From contig JBJBDL010000003.1 of assembly GCA_047285305.1 (NCBI GenBank), forward strand, positions 1,376,001 through 1,440,000: 64,000 nt of DNA, given 5' to 3'. The notes beneath the pieces were generated by a model. It made no database searches and was not told the origin of the DNA. It was given only the letters and a program-made list of their open reading frames with translations. This document shows positions 1 through 10,146 of this stretch, piece after piece; position 1 is the first letter of the stretch; every line of letters starts with the position of its first letter. The position numbers and the translations under genes are program-made. The DNA comes from Synechococcus sp. Its GTDB lineage: Bacteria; Cyanobacteriota; Cyanobacteriia; PCC-6307; Cyanobiaceae.

Positions 1-77
1 CGATGGCCAGGATCACCTGCCTATCAGACCAGGGCTCAGGCATGACATGGGTCGGGACCTTCCTCATCTTGGCCGAA

Positions 78-791
78 TCAGCCCAGGGCGATGGGGCTGT
101 TGTCGGATCGAAGCACGCAGTGACTGATGGACCAGTCGTACTTGTCCCAGACTTGCTTCGGGAGTTTGTAGTTCGATCCCTCGAAGTCACCAAGCAGCGT
201 CTGGGTTGGCATGGCGGAGCAGTAGGGGCGGCTGCCCGGTTTTGCGAGGTACTGCTGGTGATAATCCTCGGCGAAATAGAATGTCTGGTCCGCCAGGATT
301 TCGGTGGTGATGGCCCCGTAGCCCTTGGCCGAGAGGGCAACTTGATAGGCGTCCCTGCTGGCCAGAGCCAGTTGCAGATGCTCCGGATTGAACGTGTAGA
401 TGGCTGATCGATATTGGCTGCCGGTGTCGTTGCCTTGCCTGTTGCCCTGGGTGGGGTCGTGGCACTCCCAGAACAGTTTCAGCAGGTCGCTGAAGTCGAG
501 GGCGGGTCGGCTCCACACCACTCGCACCACTTCCGTGTGCCCGGTTCTGCCGGAGCAGACCTCGTTGTAGCTCGGTTGCTCGGTCTGGCCTCCCGCATAT
601 CCCACAGCAGTGCTCACCACCCCAGGGAGTCGCCAAAACCCTTTTTCAGCACCCCAAAAGCACCCACAGGCAAAGATTGCTTCCTCCTGGTCGGCCATCA
701 GTGGGGCCTTCAGCGGCGTTCTCAACACGGCATGCGTTGCCGGTGCTGAGGATTCGGCGCCGCCGCGGGGAGACAGCCAGGAAGGGAGCAT
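78..791 (-). CDS. msrA: Peptide-methionine (S)-S-oxide reductase
   Basis: GCFWG active-site motif, [27 protein letters not shown]. Confidence 0.97.
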   Translation of the reverse strand: MLPSWLSPRGGAESSAPATHAVLRTPLKAPLMADQEEAIFACGCFWGAEKGFWRLPGVVSTAVGYAGGQTEQPSYNEVCSGRTGHTEVVRVVWSRPALDFSDLLKLFWECHDPTQGNRQGNDTGSQYRSAIYTFNPEHLQLALASRDAYQVALSAKGYGAITTEILADQTFYFAEDYHQQYLAKPGSRPYCSAMPTQTLLGDFEGSNYKLPKQVWDKYDWSISHCVLRSDNSPIALG

Positions 792-948
792 GTTGATTGC
801 GTCGGTCCGCAGAGCTTAGGCAGCGGATTCAACACCGTGATGCTGTCGTGTGGAGGGCAATCAGTGAACTCTCAGTGATTGCTCCCCAAGTCAAGGATAC
901 AAAGGAACGAATCAAAGGTTGTCTTGAAGAGTGGCTCTTCTTTGAACA

Positions 949-1294
949 ATGTTCTGCAGAAAGGTGCTGATTTTTGTCAGCAGTTTTCAGTCTAAATGGC
1001 GCTGTTGCTGAGCCGTCTCGAAGCGATTCTGCGTGTCAGGCGCATTTGACTGTTGGCAACATTGAGAATGTCATCAGGGGTGGAGGAGATTTTGCTAAGG
1101 GCTGGGCCATGGCTAGAAAACAAGACGAATATGATGGATCAATCAATTGCAAGCCATTGATTGATGGCGTGTTGATTAAGAAAGTTGTTTCTGAGAAACA
1201 AAATAGGTTGTTCATTCTGTTGACCCAGAAACCGCGCCTGCGCCAGGAATGTCTGCCCTCAAGCGCGTTGCAGGATGGAAAGAGCTCCTCCTGA
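949..1294 (+). pseudogene. Small secreted hypothetical protein, apparently frameshifted in a T5 tract (971-975)
   Basis: ATG at 949 reads MFCRKVLI. Removing one T joins it to the 974 ORF (LSAVFSLNGAVAEP...), giving a signal-peptide-like N-terminus. Region is visibly AT-richer than its flanks. Confidence 0.45.
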
Positions 1295-1392
1295 TGGTCG
1301 ACTAAGGGAAAGTGGTCTGGTCCTGCGGAACCATCTCGTGGTAAACGTTCCGGACATGTTGGTAGGCCCTCGTTTCTTGTTGCCGTGAATGC

Positions 1393-1656
1393 TCAGGACG
1401 CGTTGGCTTCCCCCTCAACTGGGTTGAGCTGGATGTGATTCAGCAGCGTTGTCACAAAGGCGAAGAGCAGAAACGGAAGGCTGAGCACCAAAATCAGCCC
1501 CACTCCCACCAGCGCAAACACCGGTCGCGACGAGCCCATCAGGGCAAGCCCCGCGGCCAGGCTCACAAAAATGACGGCCATCCAGGCCAACACCTGTCCG
1601 TAGATATCGCCAAAGGTGAGCGTGCAGCGCACCGCGAAGGGGGATCCGCTGGTCAT
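1393..1656 (-). CDS. Hypothetical membrane protein (2 TM helices)
   Basis: 87-aa ORF with two hydrophobic segments; sits co-oriented directly downstream of the ABC transporter. Confidence 0.8.
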   Translation of the reverse strand: MTSGSPFAVRCTLTFGDIYGQVLAWMAVIFVSLAAGLALMGSSRPVFALVGVGLILVLSLPFLLFAFVTTLLNHIQLNPVEGEANAS

Positions 1657-1723
1657 AGGAAAAGAGTTGCCTTCACAGCTAAGCCACGAACGTTCGTGTT
1701 GTCAGAAACCGCCCGGAGATTCT

Positions 1724-3487
1724 TCAGGAAGCCAACGCATCCAGTTGTTGGGTCGCCTGCTGACGCTCCCAAAGCCGTTTGTACACACCCGGGTGCTGAA
1801 TCAAGGCGTGGTGGTGTCCCTGTTGAACGATTCGTCCGTTCTCCATCACCAGGATGCGATCACAGGCCGCTGCGGCTGAAAGTTGATGGCTGATCATCAG
1901 GATGGTCCGGTCATCCTGAGCTCGGATCGAATCCAAAATCGCTGCGGCGGTGTTGTTGTCAACACTGGCCAAGGCGTCGTCGAGGACTAATACCGGCGCC
2001 GATATCAGCAGAGCCCGGCCCAGGGCTGTGCGTTGACGCTGACCACCACTCAACGTGATGCCGCGTTCGCCAACGATGGTTCCGAAACCATCGGGGAAGC
2101 CCTTCACGTCATCAGCCAGGCGGGCTTGCTCTGCCGCCAGTTCAACCCGCTGATCACTTGCGTCAGGGTCGCCATAGCGCAGGTTGTCCGCCAGGGTGCT
2201 GGTGAACAGAAAGCCTTCCTGGGGAACGATCGCCACGTCACGGCGCAACCTCTTCAGGGGCATCTGGGTGACATCAACGCCATCCAGGAACAGCTGTCCC
2301 GGTTCCAGTGGAACCATCCGACCGAAGGCCCGAGCCAGGGTGGTCTTGCCGCAGCCCACGGCCCCTACAACAGCCACCAACTCCCCTGGCTCGATGCAGA
2401 AGCTCAGGCCATTGAGGGTGTTTTGCTCAGCACCCTGGTACTGGACCGTCAGGCCGCGAGCTTCAAAATGCCCCCGACGTTCGGTCGTTGGCTGGGGCTG
2501 AACATCAGAGGGATCAGGGTCTTTGATCTTTGGTTCCCGTTTCAGTAACTCCTCTACCCGCTCGAGGCTCACCTGGCCGGTCTGGAAGGTGTTGAGCGTG
2601 AATCCCAGCAGTGCCGTTGGGAAGACGAGCTGCTCCACATAAAGGATCAGGGCCACCAGTCCTCCAATGCTCAGACGACCGGCTTCGAGCTGGCCGCTGC
2701 CGATGGCCAGCAGCAAAAGAACCGAGAGGGAGGAAATGCCCTGAAGCAGCGGAAACAGGGTGCTTTGTGTTCTCGCCAGCTGAATGGCACTGTCGCGGTA
2801 GCGGCGGTTGCGTGTGGCAAAGGCCTGCTTTTCTGCTCCCTCCTGGCCGTAGATCTTGATGGCCCCGATTCCCGAGAGATCCTCCTGAATCAGGTTGCTG
2901 AGGGCGGAGAGTTCTTCCTGCTGCGCACGCTTCTGACGCATCATGCGCCCACCGAACAGGCGCACTGTGCTGAGCATCACGGGGTAGAGCCCGACGGCGG
3001 CCAGGGTCAGCCACGGATCGATGGCCAACATCGCGGGCAGCGTCAGTGCATAGGCCAGCAGCGTGTTGGTCAGGCTGAGAATCGCGAATCCCAGCAGGCG
3101 CCGGATGTTTTCCACATCGCTGGTGGCGCGACTGATCACTTCACCGCTGCCCTTGCTTTGAATCCAATCGGGTTCCTGGCGGAGCATGTGCTCGAACAGG
3201 CGCTGACGCAGATCAACTTCCACCTGCCGACCCACGCCGAAGATGAGTTGTCGCGAGGTCAGCCGGATCACTCCCATGGTGCTGGCGAGCAGCACAACCC
3301 ATCCCGCCTGGCGCAGGACTCCGGCGTAACTGAATCCCTCCTGCAGCTCGTCCACAACGCTGCGCACTTCCATCGGGATCGTGACCCGCAGAACGTTGAC
3401 CACCACCAAGGCGATGGCTCCCAGCAGCACCGTGCGGCGGTGGGGACGCAGATAGCGGCCTATCAGATCGAGACGAAGGGCGGCCAT
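1724..3487 (-). CDS. ABC transporter, fused permease/ATP-binding (MsbA/MdlA-like exporter)
   Basis: N-terminal TM domain, Walker A GAVGCGKT, signature LSGGQ, Walker B VLVLDD; start taken at ATG 3487. Confidence 0.93.
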   Translation of the reverse strand: MAALRLDLIGRYLRPHRRTVLLGAIALVVVNVLRVTIPMEVRSVVDELQEGFSYAGVLRQAGWVVLLASTMGVIRLTSRQLIFGVGRQVEVDLRQRLFEHMLRQEPDWIQSKGSGEVISRATSDVENIRRLLGFAILSLTNTLLAYALTLPAMLAIDPWLTLAAVGLYPVMLSTVRLFGGRMMRQKRAQQEELSALSNLIQEDLSGIGAIKIYGQEGAEKQAFATRNRRYRDSAIQLARTQSTLFPLLQGISSLSVLLLLAIGSGQLEAGRLSIGGLVALILYVEQLVFPTALLGFTLNTFQTGQVSLERVEELLKREPKIKDPDPSDVQPQPTTERRGHFEARGLTVQYQGAEQNTLNGLSFCIEPGELVAVVGAVGCGKTTLARAFGRMVPLEPGQLFLDGVDVTQMPLKRLRRDVAIVPQEGFLFTSTLADNLRYGDPDASDQRVELAAEQARLADDVKGFPDGFGTIVGERGITLSGGQRQRTALGRALLISAPVLVLDDALASVDNNTAAAILDSIRAQDDRTILMISHQLSAAAACDRILVMENGRIVQQGHHHALIQHPGVYKRLWERQQATQQLDALAS

Positions 3488-3637
3488 GCGAGCTCGTGGG
3501 TCCCGTTGGCAGGCCAACCTAGGCATCCGGCTTGAACGGCTGGTCGTTCTCCGTTGATCTGGGAGATAGTGGGTCTGTCCCCATCACCCGGCCCGGTGTG
3601 CCTCGCACCCGGGTTTTTTACTGCCAGCTTCCCTGCC

Positions 3638-4684
3638 ATGTCTTCAGACCCGCGTTCCTGGTCCGGTTGCTTGGACCATCTGCTTCAGGGCAACAACCTC
3701 AGCTCCGACGAGGCCACTGCCCTGATGCGTGCCTGGCTGGCTGAAGAGCTCGAGCCAGTGCAGACCGGGGCGTTCCTGGCTGGACTAAGGGCCAAGGGGA
3801 TGGTGGCCGATGAGCTGGCGGCCATGGCGGCTGTCTTGCGCGAGGCCTGCCCCCTTCCCTGCGCCCGGCCTGATCTGGCCATGGTCGACACCTGCGGCAC
3901 CGGTGGTGATGGTGCCGACACCTTCAACATCTCCACGGCGGTCGCCTTCACCGCCGCGGCCTGCGGGGTCAATGTGGCCAAGCACGGCAACCGAAGCGCC
4001 AGCGGCAAAGTGGGTTCAGCTGATGTGCTCGAGGGGCTCGGCCTCAATCTCAAGGCATCTTTGAACAAGGTGGTCGACGCTTTGCCGGGAACAGGTGTCA
4101 CCTTTCTGTTCGCTCCCGCCTGGCATCCAGCTCTTGTAAATCTGGCGCCGCTGCGACGAGCCCTGGGGGTCCGCACGGTGTTCAACCTGTTGGGCCCGCT
4201 GGTCAATCCGCTGCAGCCCCAGGCGCAGGTTCTTGGCGTGGCGCGTCCGGAACTTCTCGACCCCATGGCGGGCGCTCTGCAGCACTTGGGCTTGAGCCGT
4301 GCCGTGGTGGTTCACGGCGCTGGAGGCCTCGATGAGGCGTCCTTGGCGGGTCCCAATGCCTTGCGTCTGATCGAATCCGGGGGCGTCACCACAAAGGAGG
4401 TCTCACCTGAAGATCTGGGCCTGACCCGTGCTGGTCTCGATTTGCTGCGTGGTGGTGACTGCGCGGTAAATCAGCGGATCCTTCAGAACGTTCTGCAGGG
4501 GCAGGGATCGCTGGCGCAGACGGAGGTTGTGGCCTTCAACACAGCACTGGTGCTTTGGGCTGCCGGTCTGCAAAGCGATCTGCCGGCTGCTGTTGCTCAG
4601 GCTCTGGCTGTTCTCAACGAGGGCAAGGCCTGGGACAAGCTTGTGGCTCTGCGGGATGCCCTGTCCGACGGAGATGGAGAATGA
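3638..4684 (+). CDS. trpD: Anthranilate phosphoribosyltransferase
   Basis: [22 protein letters not shown] motifs. Confidence 0.97.
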   Translation: MSSDPRSWSGCLDHLLQGNNLSSDEATALMRAWLAEELEPVQTGAFLAGLRAKGMVADELAAMAAVLREACPLPCARPDLAMVDTCGTGGDGADTFNISTAVAFTAAACGVNVAKHGNRSASGKVGSADVLEGLGLNLKASLNKVVDALPGTGVTFLFAPAWHPALVNLAPLRRALGVRTVFNLLGPLVNPLQPQAQVLGVARPELLDPMAGALQHLGLSRAVVVHGAGGLDEASLAGPNALRLIESGGVTTKEVSPEDLGLTRAGLDLLRGGDCAVNQRILQNVLQGQGSLAQTEVVAFNTALVLWAAGLQSDLPAAVAQALAVLNEGKAWDKLVALRDALSDGDGE

Positions 4685-4712
4685 GTGACTGATGACCTGC
4701 GGCGGCCCTTCG

Positions 4713-5852
4713 ATGCCCGATTCCCCATCAGACAAGGCTTATCTCGTCCTTGCCGATGGCACGGTTCTCACCGGTGTCGGCTTCGGCCATCGCGGCACCA
4801 CCATCGGCGAGGTGGTGTTTAACACCGGCATGACCGGTTACCAGGAGGTGCTGACAGACCCCTCCTACGCCGGGCAGCTGGTGAGCTTCACCTATCCCGA
4901 ACTCGGCAACACCGGGGTGAATGCTGACGATCAAGAAGCTGATCGCCCTCATGCCCGTGGCGTGATTGCCCGCCAGCTGGCCCCAGTTCCCAGCAACTGG
5001 CGCTGTGAACAGTCTCTTGAGAGCTGGATGCAGACCCATCAACTGGTGGGCATCAGCGGTTTGGACACCCGCGCCCTGGTGCGTCACCTGCGTGAGGTGG
5101 GGGCCATGAATGGCGTGATCAGCAGTGACGGCCAGACCCCGGCGCAGTTGCTTGAGCTCCTGAAGCAGGCACCGTCGATGCAGGGGTTGAACCTGGCGGA
5201 CCGCGTCACCACCCGTGAGCCTTACCAGTGGAATCAGGCCTGCAGTGTTGGCTTCGATCAGCGTTTGCAGCGCCGCAGCGACGCGCCCTTCCGCGTTGTC
5301 GCCATCGATTTCGGCATCAAGCGCGCCATCCTCGATCGATTGGTCGCCCATGGCTGTGATGTCACGGTTCTGCCGGCAGACACGGATCTGGATACGGTTC
5401 GTTCCCATTGCCCGAATGGCGTCTTCCTGTCCAACGGCCCTGGCGACCCGGCAGCGGTGACCCATGGGATTGCCCTGGCCAAGCTGTTGCTGGAGGAATC
5501 CGATCTACCCCTGTTCGGCATCTGCCTGGGCCATCAGATCCTTGGTCTGGCCCTGGGCGGAGAGACGTTCAAGCTGTCCTATGGCCACCGTGGCTTGAAC
5601 CATCCTTGTGGCACCACAGGCCAGGTTGAAATCACCAGTCAGAACCACGGCTTTGCCCTCTCCGCTGATTCTCTCGACTCAGACGTCATCGACGTCACCC
5701 ATTTCAATCTGAACGACCGCACCGTGGCAGCGATCGCCCACCGTCAGAAGCCGGTGTTCGGGGTGCAGTACCACCCAGAAGCGAGTCCGGGCCCCCATGA
5801 CGCCGACCATCATTTCGCCCGCTTTGTGACGCTGATGGCCGATCGCCGTTGA
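4713..5852 (+). CDS. carA: Carbamoyl-phosphate synthase small subunit
   Basis: [39 protein letters not shown]; alternative start at 4692. Confidence 0.97.
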   Translation: MPDSPSDKAYLVLADGTVLTGVGFGHRGTTIGEVVFNTGMTGYQEVLTDPSYAGQLVSFTYPELGNTGVNADDQEADRPHARGVIARQLAPVPSNWRCEQSLESWMQTHQLVGISGLDTRALVRHLREVGAMNGVISSDGQTPAQLLELLKQAPSMQGLNLADRVTTREPYQWNQACSVGFDQRLQRRSDAPFRVVAIDFGIKRAILDRLVAHGCDVTVLPADTDLDTVRSHCPNGVFLSNGPGDPAAVTHGIALAKLLLEESDLPLFGICLGHQILGLALGGETFKLSYGHRGLNHPCGTTGQVEITSQNHGFALSADSLDSDVIDVTHFNLNDRTVAAIAHRQKPVFGVQYHPEASPGPHDADHHFARFVTLMADRR

Positions 5853-5888
5853 TGAGGTGGTAGCCAACGCACGGCATCACTACACTTC

Positions 5889-6284
5889 GTGCCGATGATG
5901 CCTGGGGGGCTTGATCCCATCAGCGAACTGCAGCGACTGACCGTCTCACTCCGGGGCGGATTCGAACAGAAAGATGGCTGTTTGGTGTTTCATTTCACCG
6001 GTCAGCTGGATGCCTACTCCGAGAAGCAGTTCACGGAGTACGTGGGCGATGTTTTGAAGGCCAACAAACTTCCTTCTGTTCTCGATCTCAGCAAGATCGA
6101 TTTTCTTGATTCATCCGGGCTTGGGGCGCTGGTGCAGCTTGCCAAGCAATGCACGGACGCCAAACGGTCGTTTCTTTTGGTGGGTAACACCAGGGTGACG
6201 CAGACGATCAAGTTGGTGCGTCTTGAGGAGTTTCTTCATCTGGTGGAGGATCTGCCCACAGCCCTCAACCAGTTGGCCGCTTGA
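5889..6284 (+). CDS. STAS-domain anti-sigma factor antagonist (SpoIIAA/RsbV-like)
   Basis: GQLDA and LDLSKIDFLDSSGLGALV, containing the phospho-acceptor Ser motif. Confidence 0.9.
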   Translation: MPMMPGGLDPISELQRLTVSLRGGFEQKDGCLVFHFTGQLDAYSEKQFTEYVGDVLKANKLPSVLDLSKIDFLDSSGLGALVQLAKQCTDAKRSFLLVGNTRVTQTIKLVRLEEFLHLVEDLPTALNQLAA

Positions 6285-6691
6285 GCGATTGGATTCGAAG
6301 CCAGTCTCCCAGGGAGATCAACGAACAGCTGGGTCCACTGCAACTGGCTTGGATTGGTGATGCCGTTTGGGAGCTGCATCAACGGCTCCGCCATGGGTCG
6401 AGGCCAGGACGTTCTGACGACCTGCATCGGGCTGTCGTAGCAGATGTTCGTGCTGACGCCCAGTCCCGCTTTTTGAGCTGGCTCGAAGACCGTGAGTTCC
6501 TCTGTTCAGAGGAACTCGATCTGGTGCGGCGTGGCCGTAACAGTGCCGGGCGGGGTCCACGGCGCGCAGACGCTGCGGTTTATGGAAGGGCCACAGGATT
6601 TGAGACAATGGTGGGCTGGCTGTTTCTCAACAATCCAGCCCGGCTTGCAGAGCTCTTCGATCACTTGGAGCAAGCCGGATCCAACCCATAA
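6281..6691 (+). CDS. mrnC: Mini-ribonuclease III
   Basis: LAWIGDAVWEL, RRGRN, YGRATGFETMVGWL; no dsRBD; upstream of rlmB. Confidence 0.9.
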   Translation: MSDWIRSQSPREINEQLGPLQLAWIGDAVWELHQRLRHGSRPGRSDDLHRAVVADVRADAQSRFLSWLEDREFLCSEELDLVRRGRNSAGRGPRRADAAVYGRATGFETMVGWLFLNNPARLAELFDHLEQAGSNP

Positions 6692-6707
6692 CGTTGCCTC
6701 GCACACC

Positions 6708-8270
6708 ATGAGCCCTCGCTTTGAACGCCGCTCCAGCGGCCCATCCCGCGATGGCCGTTCGGGGCCAGGGGGAGGTGGGGGCGGTCGACCACCAGGAGGA
6801 AGGCCGTCGAGTGGACGGGCATCCGCTGGCCGCTCCTCGATGGGGCGATCAGATAGCGGTCGCCCCATGCCCAGTAACCGTCGTTTCGATGGTGGTCGTT
6901 CCCCCTATGCCAAACCTGGGCGTGATGCCGGTAGTTATCGCGAACGACGCGCTCCACGGGATGGAGAGTGGGACCAGTCACGAGGTGGTGACCGGCCCAG
7001 TAACCGCTTTGGTGAGCGTTCCGGTGATCGACCGGGCTATCGGTTCAAGGAGCGGTCCGGGGAGCGTTTCGGTGATCGCCCGAAAGAGCGGTTCGGCAAT
7101 CGTTCCCGTTCCTTCGACCGAGATCAGAACGCTCCCCGCTCGGGCTCTCAAAACGAACGCTCAGGGCCTGGACGTTTTCGCGATCGCAACGATCGGTACG
7201 GCGACCGCCGTCGCTCCGGGGATGAGCGGCGCCAACCGTCCCAGCGCTCCAGATCCCGCTTTGACGAGGCTCGTCCTCAGCGGCCGGATGCAGCACCGGA
7301 GGCTGCAGCGGCCACCCCGCCAGCGGACGATCTGATCTGGGGGCGTCATGCCACCCAGGCCGCGTTGGAGGCCGGACGCCCCATCCATCGCATCTGGTGC
7401 ACTGCGGAGATGCGCAGTGCCTCCAAATTCCTTCAGCTCCTGCGCGATGCCAAGGCTTCGGGCGTTCTCGTGGAAGAGGTGACCTGGGCCCGGTTGGGAC
7501 AGATCACAGGTGGGTCCGTTCACCAGGGCATCGCCCTGCAGACGGCGGCGGCGGAAACCCTTGATCTCGACAGCCTCATCGAGGGCTGCTCGGATCTGGG
7601 GGAGCCCCCCTTGTTGGTGGCCTTGGACGGTGTCACCGATCCCCACAACCTCGGGGCGGTTGTTCGCTCCGCTGAGGCCATGGGAGCCCATGGTGTGGTG
7701 ATCCCCCAGCGCCGCAGTGCTGGCTTGACCGGTTCCGCCGCCAAGGTGGCCGCCGGAGCCCTGGAACACCTTCCGGTGGCACGCGTGGTCAACCTCAATC
7801 GGTCCCTGGAAAAGCTCAAAGACGCCGGCTACAGGGTGGTGGGCCTTGCCGCTGAAGGGGACGTGACCCTCACCGATGTCGACCTCAGTGGGCCGATGGT
7901 GCTGGTCACCGGATCCGAGGACCAGGGCCTGTCGCTGATGACCCGGCGCCATTGCGACCAGTTGGTTCGCATCCCGCTGCGGGGCATTACACCGAGCCTC
8001 AATGCCTCCGTTGCCACAGCCCTTTGCGTCTATGAAGTGGCTCGGCGCAACTGGATGAAGGACATTCACGGCCAAGCACCGTCGCCGCCGATTCGGAGGC
8101 CCAAACTTGTGGGTGCTGAATCGCCTGTTGTGGCTGAACAGCCTGCCTCTCCCGAACAGCCTGAAGCTCCTGTGGAGAAGGCCCCGGAACAGCGGATTGA
8201 CCTGGATCTGAATCCATCGCAGTCGGATGCTGGCTTGCCGTTCGATCAGAACATCCAGCTATCTACCTGA
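6708..8270 (+). CDS. rlmB: 23S rRNA (Gm2251) 2'-O-methyltransferase RlmB with long low-complexity N-terminal extension
   Basis: LIWGRH, HQGI, LDGVTDPHNLGAVVRSA, GSEDQGL, SLNASVA SPOUT motifs; start taken at ATG 6708. Confidence 0.93.
   Translation: MSPRFERRSSGPSRDGRSGPGGGGGGRPPGGRPSSGRASAGRSSMGRSDSGRPMPSNRRFDGGRSPYAKPGRDAGSYRERRAPRDGEWDQSRGGDRPSNRFGERSGDRPGYRFKERSGERFGDRPKERFGNRSRSFDRDQNAPRSGSQNERSGPGRFRDRNDRYGDRRRSGDERRQPSQRSRSRFDEARPQRPDAAPEAAAATPPADDLIWGRHATQAALEAGRPIHRIWCTAEMRSASKFLQLLRDAKASGVLVEEVTWARLGQITGGSVHQGIALQTAAAETLDLDSLIEGCSDLGEPPLLVALDGVTDPHNLGAVVRSAEAMGAHGVVIPQRRSAGLTGSAAKVAAGALEHLPVARVVNLNRSLEKLKDAGYRVVGLAAEGDVTLTDVDLSGPMVLVTGSEDQGLSLMTRRHCDQLVRIPLRGITPSLNASVATALCVYEVARRNWMKDIHGQAPSPPIRRPKLVGAESPVVAEQPASPEQPEAPVEKAPEQRIDLDLNPSQSDAGLPFDQNIQLST
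6985..7110 (+). repeat. Degenerate 12-nt tandem coding repeat ([GK][DE]R[FPS])n within the rlmB extension
   Basis: GDRP-SNRF-GERS-GDRP-GYRF-KERS-GERF-GDRP-KERF-GNRS. Confidence 0.75.
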
Positions 8271-8327
8271 GAACAGCGCGGTTTTCAAAGATCTCGGGGC
8301 ACAATGCCTTGAGGTCCTGTTCCTCCC

Positions 8328-8573
8328 ATGAGTCCGCTGATTCGGCCGCTGCGCAGCCTTGCCAATGGCTTTGGAGTCGCTTGGTGGGCTCGCGTTCAGA
8401 CGTCAGGCCCTGATGTGACCTACTGGTTCGGTCCTTTTATCACCCGCAAGGGGCTGGAGAGCGAGCTCAGTTCCTTCCTGGACGACGTCAAGTCGGAGCA
8501 ACCCCAGTCGATCAGCCATTCCCTGCTGCAGACCAGGCGCTCCGAGCCCCTCACCATCTCGGCTGAGGGCTGA
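8328..8573 (+). CDS. DUF1816-like cyanobacterial protein
   Basis: [16 protein letters not shown] motif recognised from the family. Confidence 0.82.
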   Translation: MSPLIRPLRSLANGFGVAWWARVQTSGPDVTYWFGPFITRKGLESELSSFLDDVKSEQPQSISHSLLQTRRSEPLTISAEG

Positions 8574-8616
8574 TCCTGCGGCTGATAGCGTCCTTGCTGC
8601 AATGGATCGCAGGGAC

Positions 8617-10077
8617 ATGACGATCAGCGCGTGGCGTCAGCAACTGCAGAGCGGCGAGGTTTCCTCCCGCGAGCTCGTTGATCAGCACCTCAAGCGGCTC
8701 GAAAGTTCTGAGACTTCGCTGAACGCTTTTGTTGAAGTCACGGCCGATCAGGCCCGTGCAGAGGCGTCCCGTATCGATGAAGCCCGGGCCGCAGGAGAGA
8801 CGCTTGGCCCTCTGGCGGGATTGCCGCTGGCGATCAAGGACAACCTCTGCACCAAAGGTGTTCGCACCACCTGTTCCAGCCGAATGCTCGAGCAATTCGT
8901 GCCGCCTTACGAATCCACCGTCACCGACAGGCTCTGGCAGGCCGGTGGTGTGTTGGTGGGCAAGACAAATCTGGATGAGTTCGCCATGGGTGGCTCTACC
9001 GAAACGTCCGCGTTCGGTGCCACACAGAACCCCTGGAACACCGCCCATGTGCCGGGTGGAAGCTCCGGTGGCAGTGCAGCGGCCGTAGCCGCCGGCAGTT
9101 GCGTCGCTTCGCTTGGTTCCGACACCGGTGGCTCTATCCGCCAACCGGCGTCGTTCTGTGGTGTGGTGGGCCTCAAGCCCACCTACGGCCGCGTTAGCCG
9201 TTGGGGCCTGGTGGCTTTCGCCAGCTCCCTGGATCAGGTGGGTCCCTTCGCTGGGAGCGTTGCTGATGTGGCCGAACTGCTCCAGGTGATCGCCGGGCCC
9301 GACCCCCGCGATTCCACCTGCCTTGATGCAGCGGTTCCCGATTTCAGTGCTGGCCTCAACCAGTCCATCAAGGGGCTCAAGGTGGGGGTGATCCAGGAGT
9401 GCTTCGATGCCGAAGGCCTCGATCCTGAGGTGAAGGCATCGGTGCAGGCCTCTGCTGCCCAGCTGGAGGCTCTTGGCGCTGAACTGGTGGAGGTGAGCTG
9501 CCCCCGGTTTAACGACGGCATCGCCACCTACTACGTGATCGCACCATCGGAGGCGTCGGCCAACCTGGCGCGATACGACGGTGTCAAATATGGCTTCCGT
9601 GCCGAAGACGCCGAGAGCCTTGCCGCGATGACGGCGCGAAGCCGTGCTGAAGGATTTGGCGCTGAGGTGCAACGGCGAATCCTGATCGGTACCTACGCTC
9701 TGTCCGCCGGATACGTCGATGCCTATTACAAAAAGGCGCAGCAGGTGCGCACCCTGATCCGGCGGGACTTTGATGTGGCCTTCCAGAGTGTGGATGTGCT
9801 GCTTACGCCAACAGCGCCGTCCACGGCCTTCAAGGCTGGCGCCCACGCCGATGACCCTCTGGCGATGTATTTGGCTGACCTGCTGACGATTCCGGTCAAC
9901 CTGGCTGGACTCCCGGCTATCAGTGTTCCCTGTGGATTCAGCGCGGAGGGTCTGCCGATTGGGATGCAATTGATCGGCAATGTGTTGGATGAACCGCGTC
10001 TGCTTCAGGTGGCTCACCAGTACGAGCAGGCTGCGCAGGTGTTTGAGTCACGACCGGAAGCCCCGCTGGTTCCCTGA
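8617..10077 (+). CDS. gatA: Asp/Glu-tRNA amidotransferase subunit A
   Basis: Amidase signature [33 protein letters not shown]. Confidence 0.97.
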   Translation: MTISAWRQQLQSGEVSSRELVDQHLKRLESSETSLNAFVEVTADQARAEASRIDEARAAGETLGPLAGLPLAIKDNLCTKGVRTTCSSRMLEQFVPPYESTVTDRLWQAGGVLVGKTNLDEFAMGGSTETSAFGATQNPWNTAHVPGGSSGGSAAAVAAGSCVASLGSDTGGSIRQPASFCGVVGLKPTYGRVSRWGLVAFASSLDQVGPFAGSVADVAELLQVIAGPDPRDSTCLDAAVPDFSAGLNQSIKGLKVGVIQECFDAEGLDPEVKASVQASAAQLEALGAELVEVSCPRFNDGIATYYVIAPSEASANLARYDGVKYGFRAEDAESLAAMTARSRAEGFGAEVQRRILIGTYALSAGYVDAYYKKAQQVRTLIRRDFDVAFQSVDVLLTPTAPSTAFKAGAHADDPLAMYLADLLTIPVNLAGLPAISVPCGFSAEGLPIGMQLIGNVLDEPRLLQVAHQYEQAAQVFESRPEAPLVP

Positions 10078-10146
10078 TTTGCGCCACATGTGGGGGTTGT
10101 GTTTCCCTTGAACGCTGGATCTTGCGTCGGGTCCTAGTCTGACCCC

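Noticed and set aside
6492..6707. N-terminal extensions in the ORF track for rlmB, and similarly for mnmH (to 34201), sir (to 60868), the M16 peptidase (to 48456) and pcyA (from 48112)
   Set aside because: They overlap neighbouring genes and are longest-ORF artefacts, not fusions
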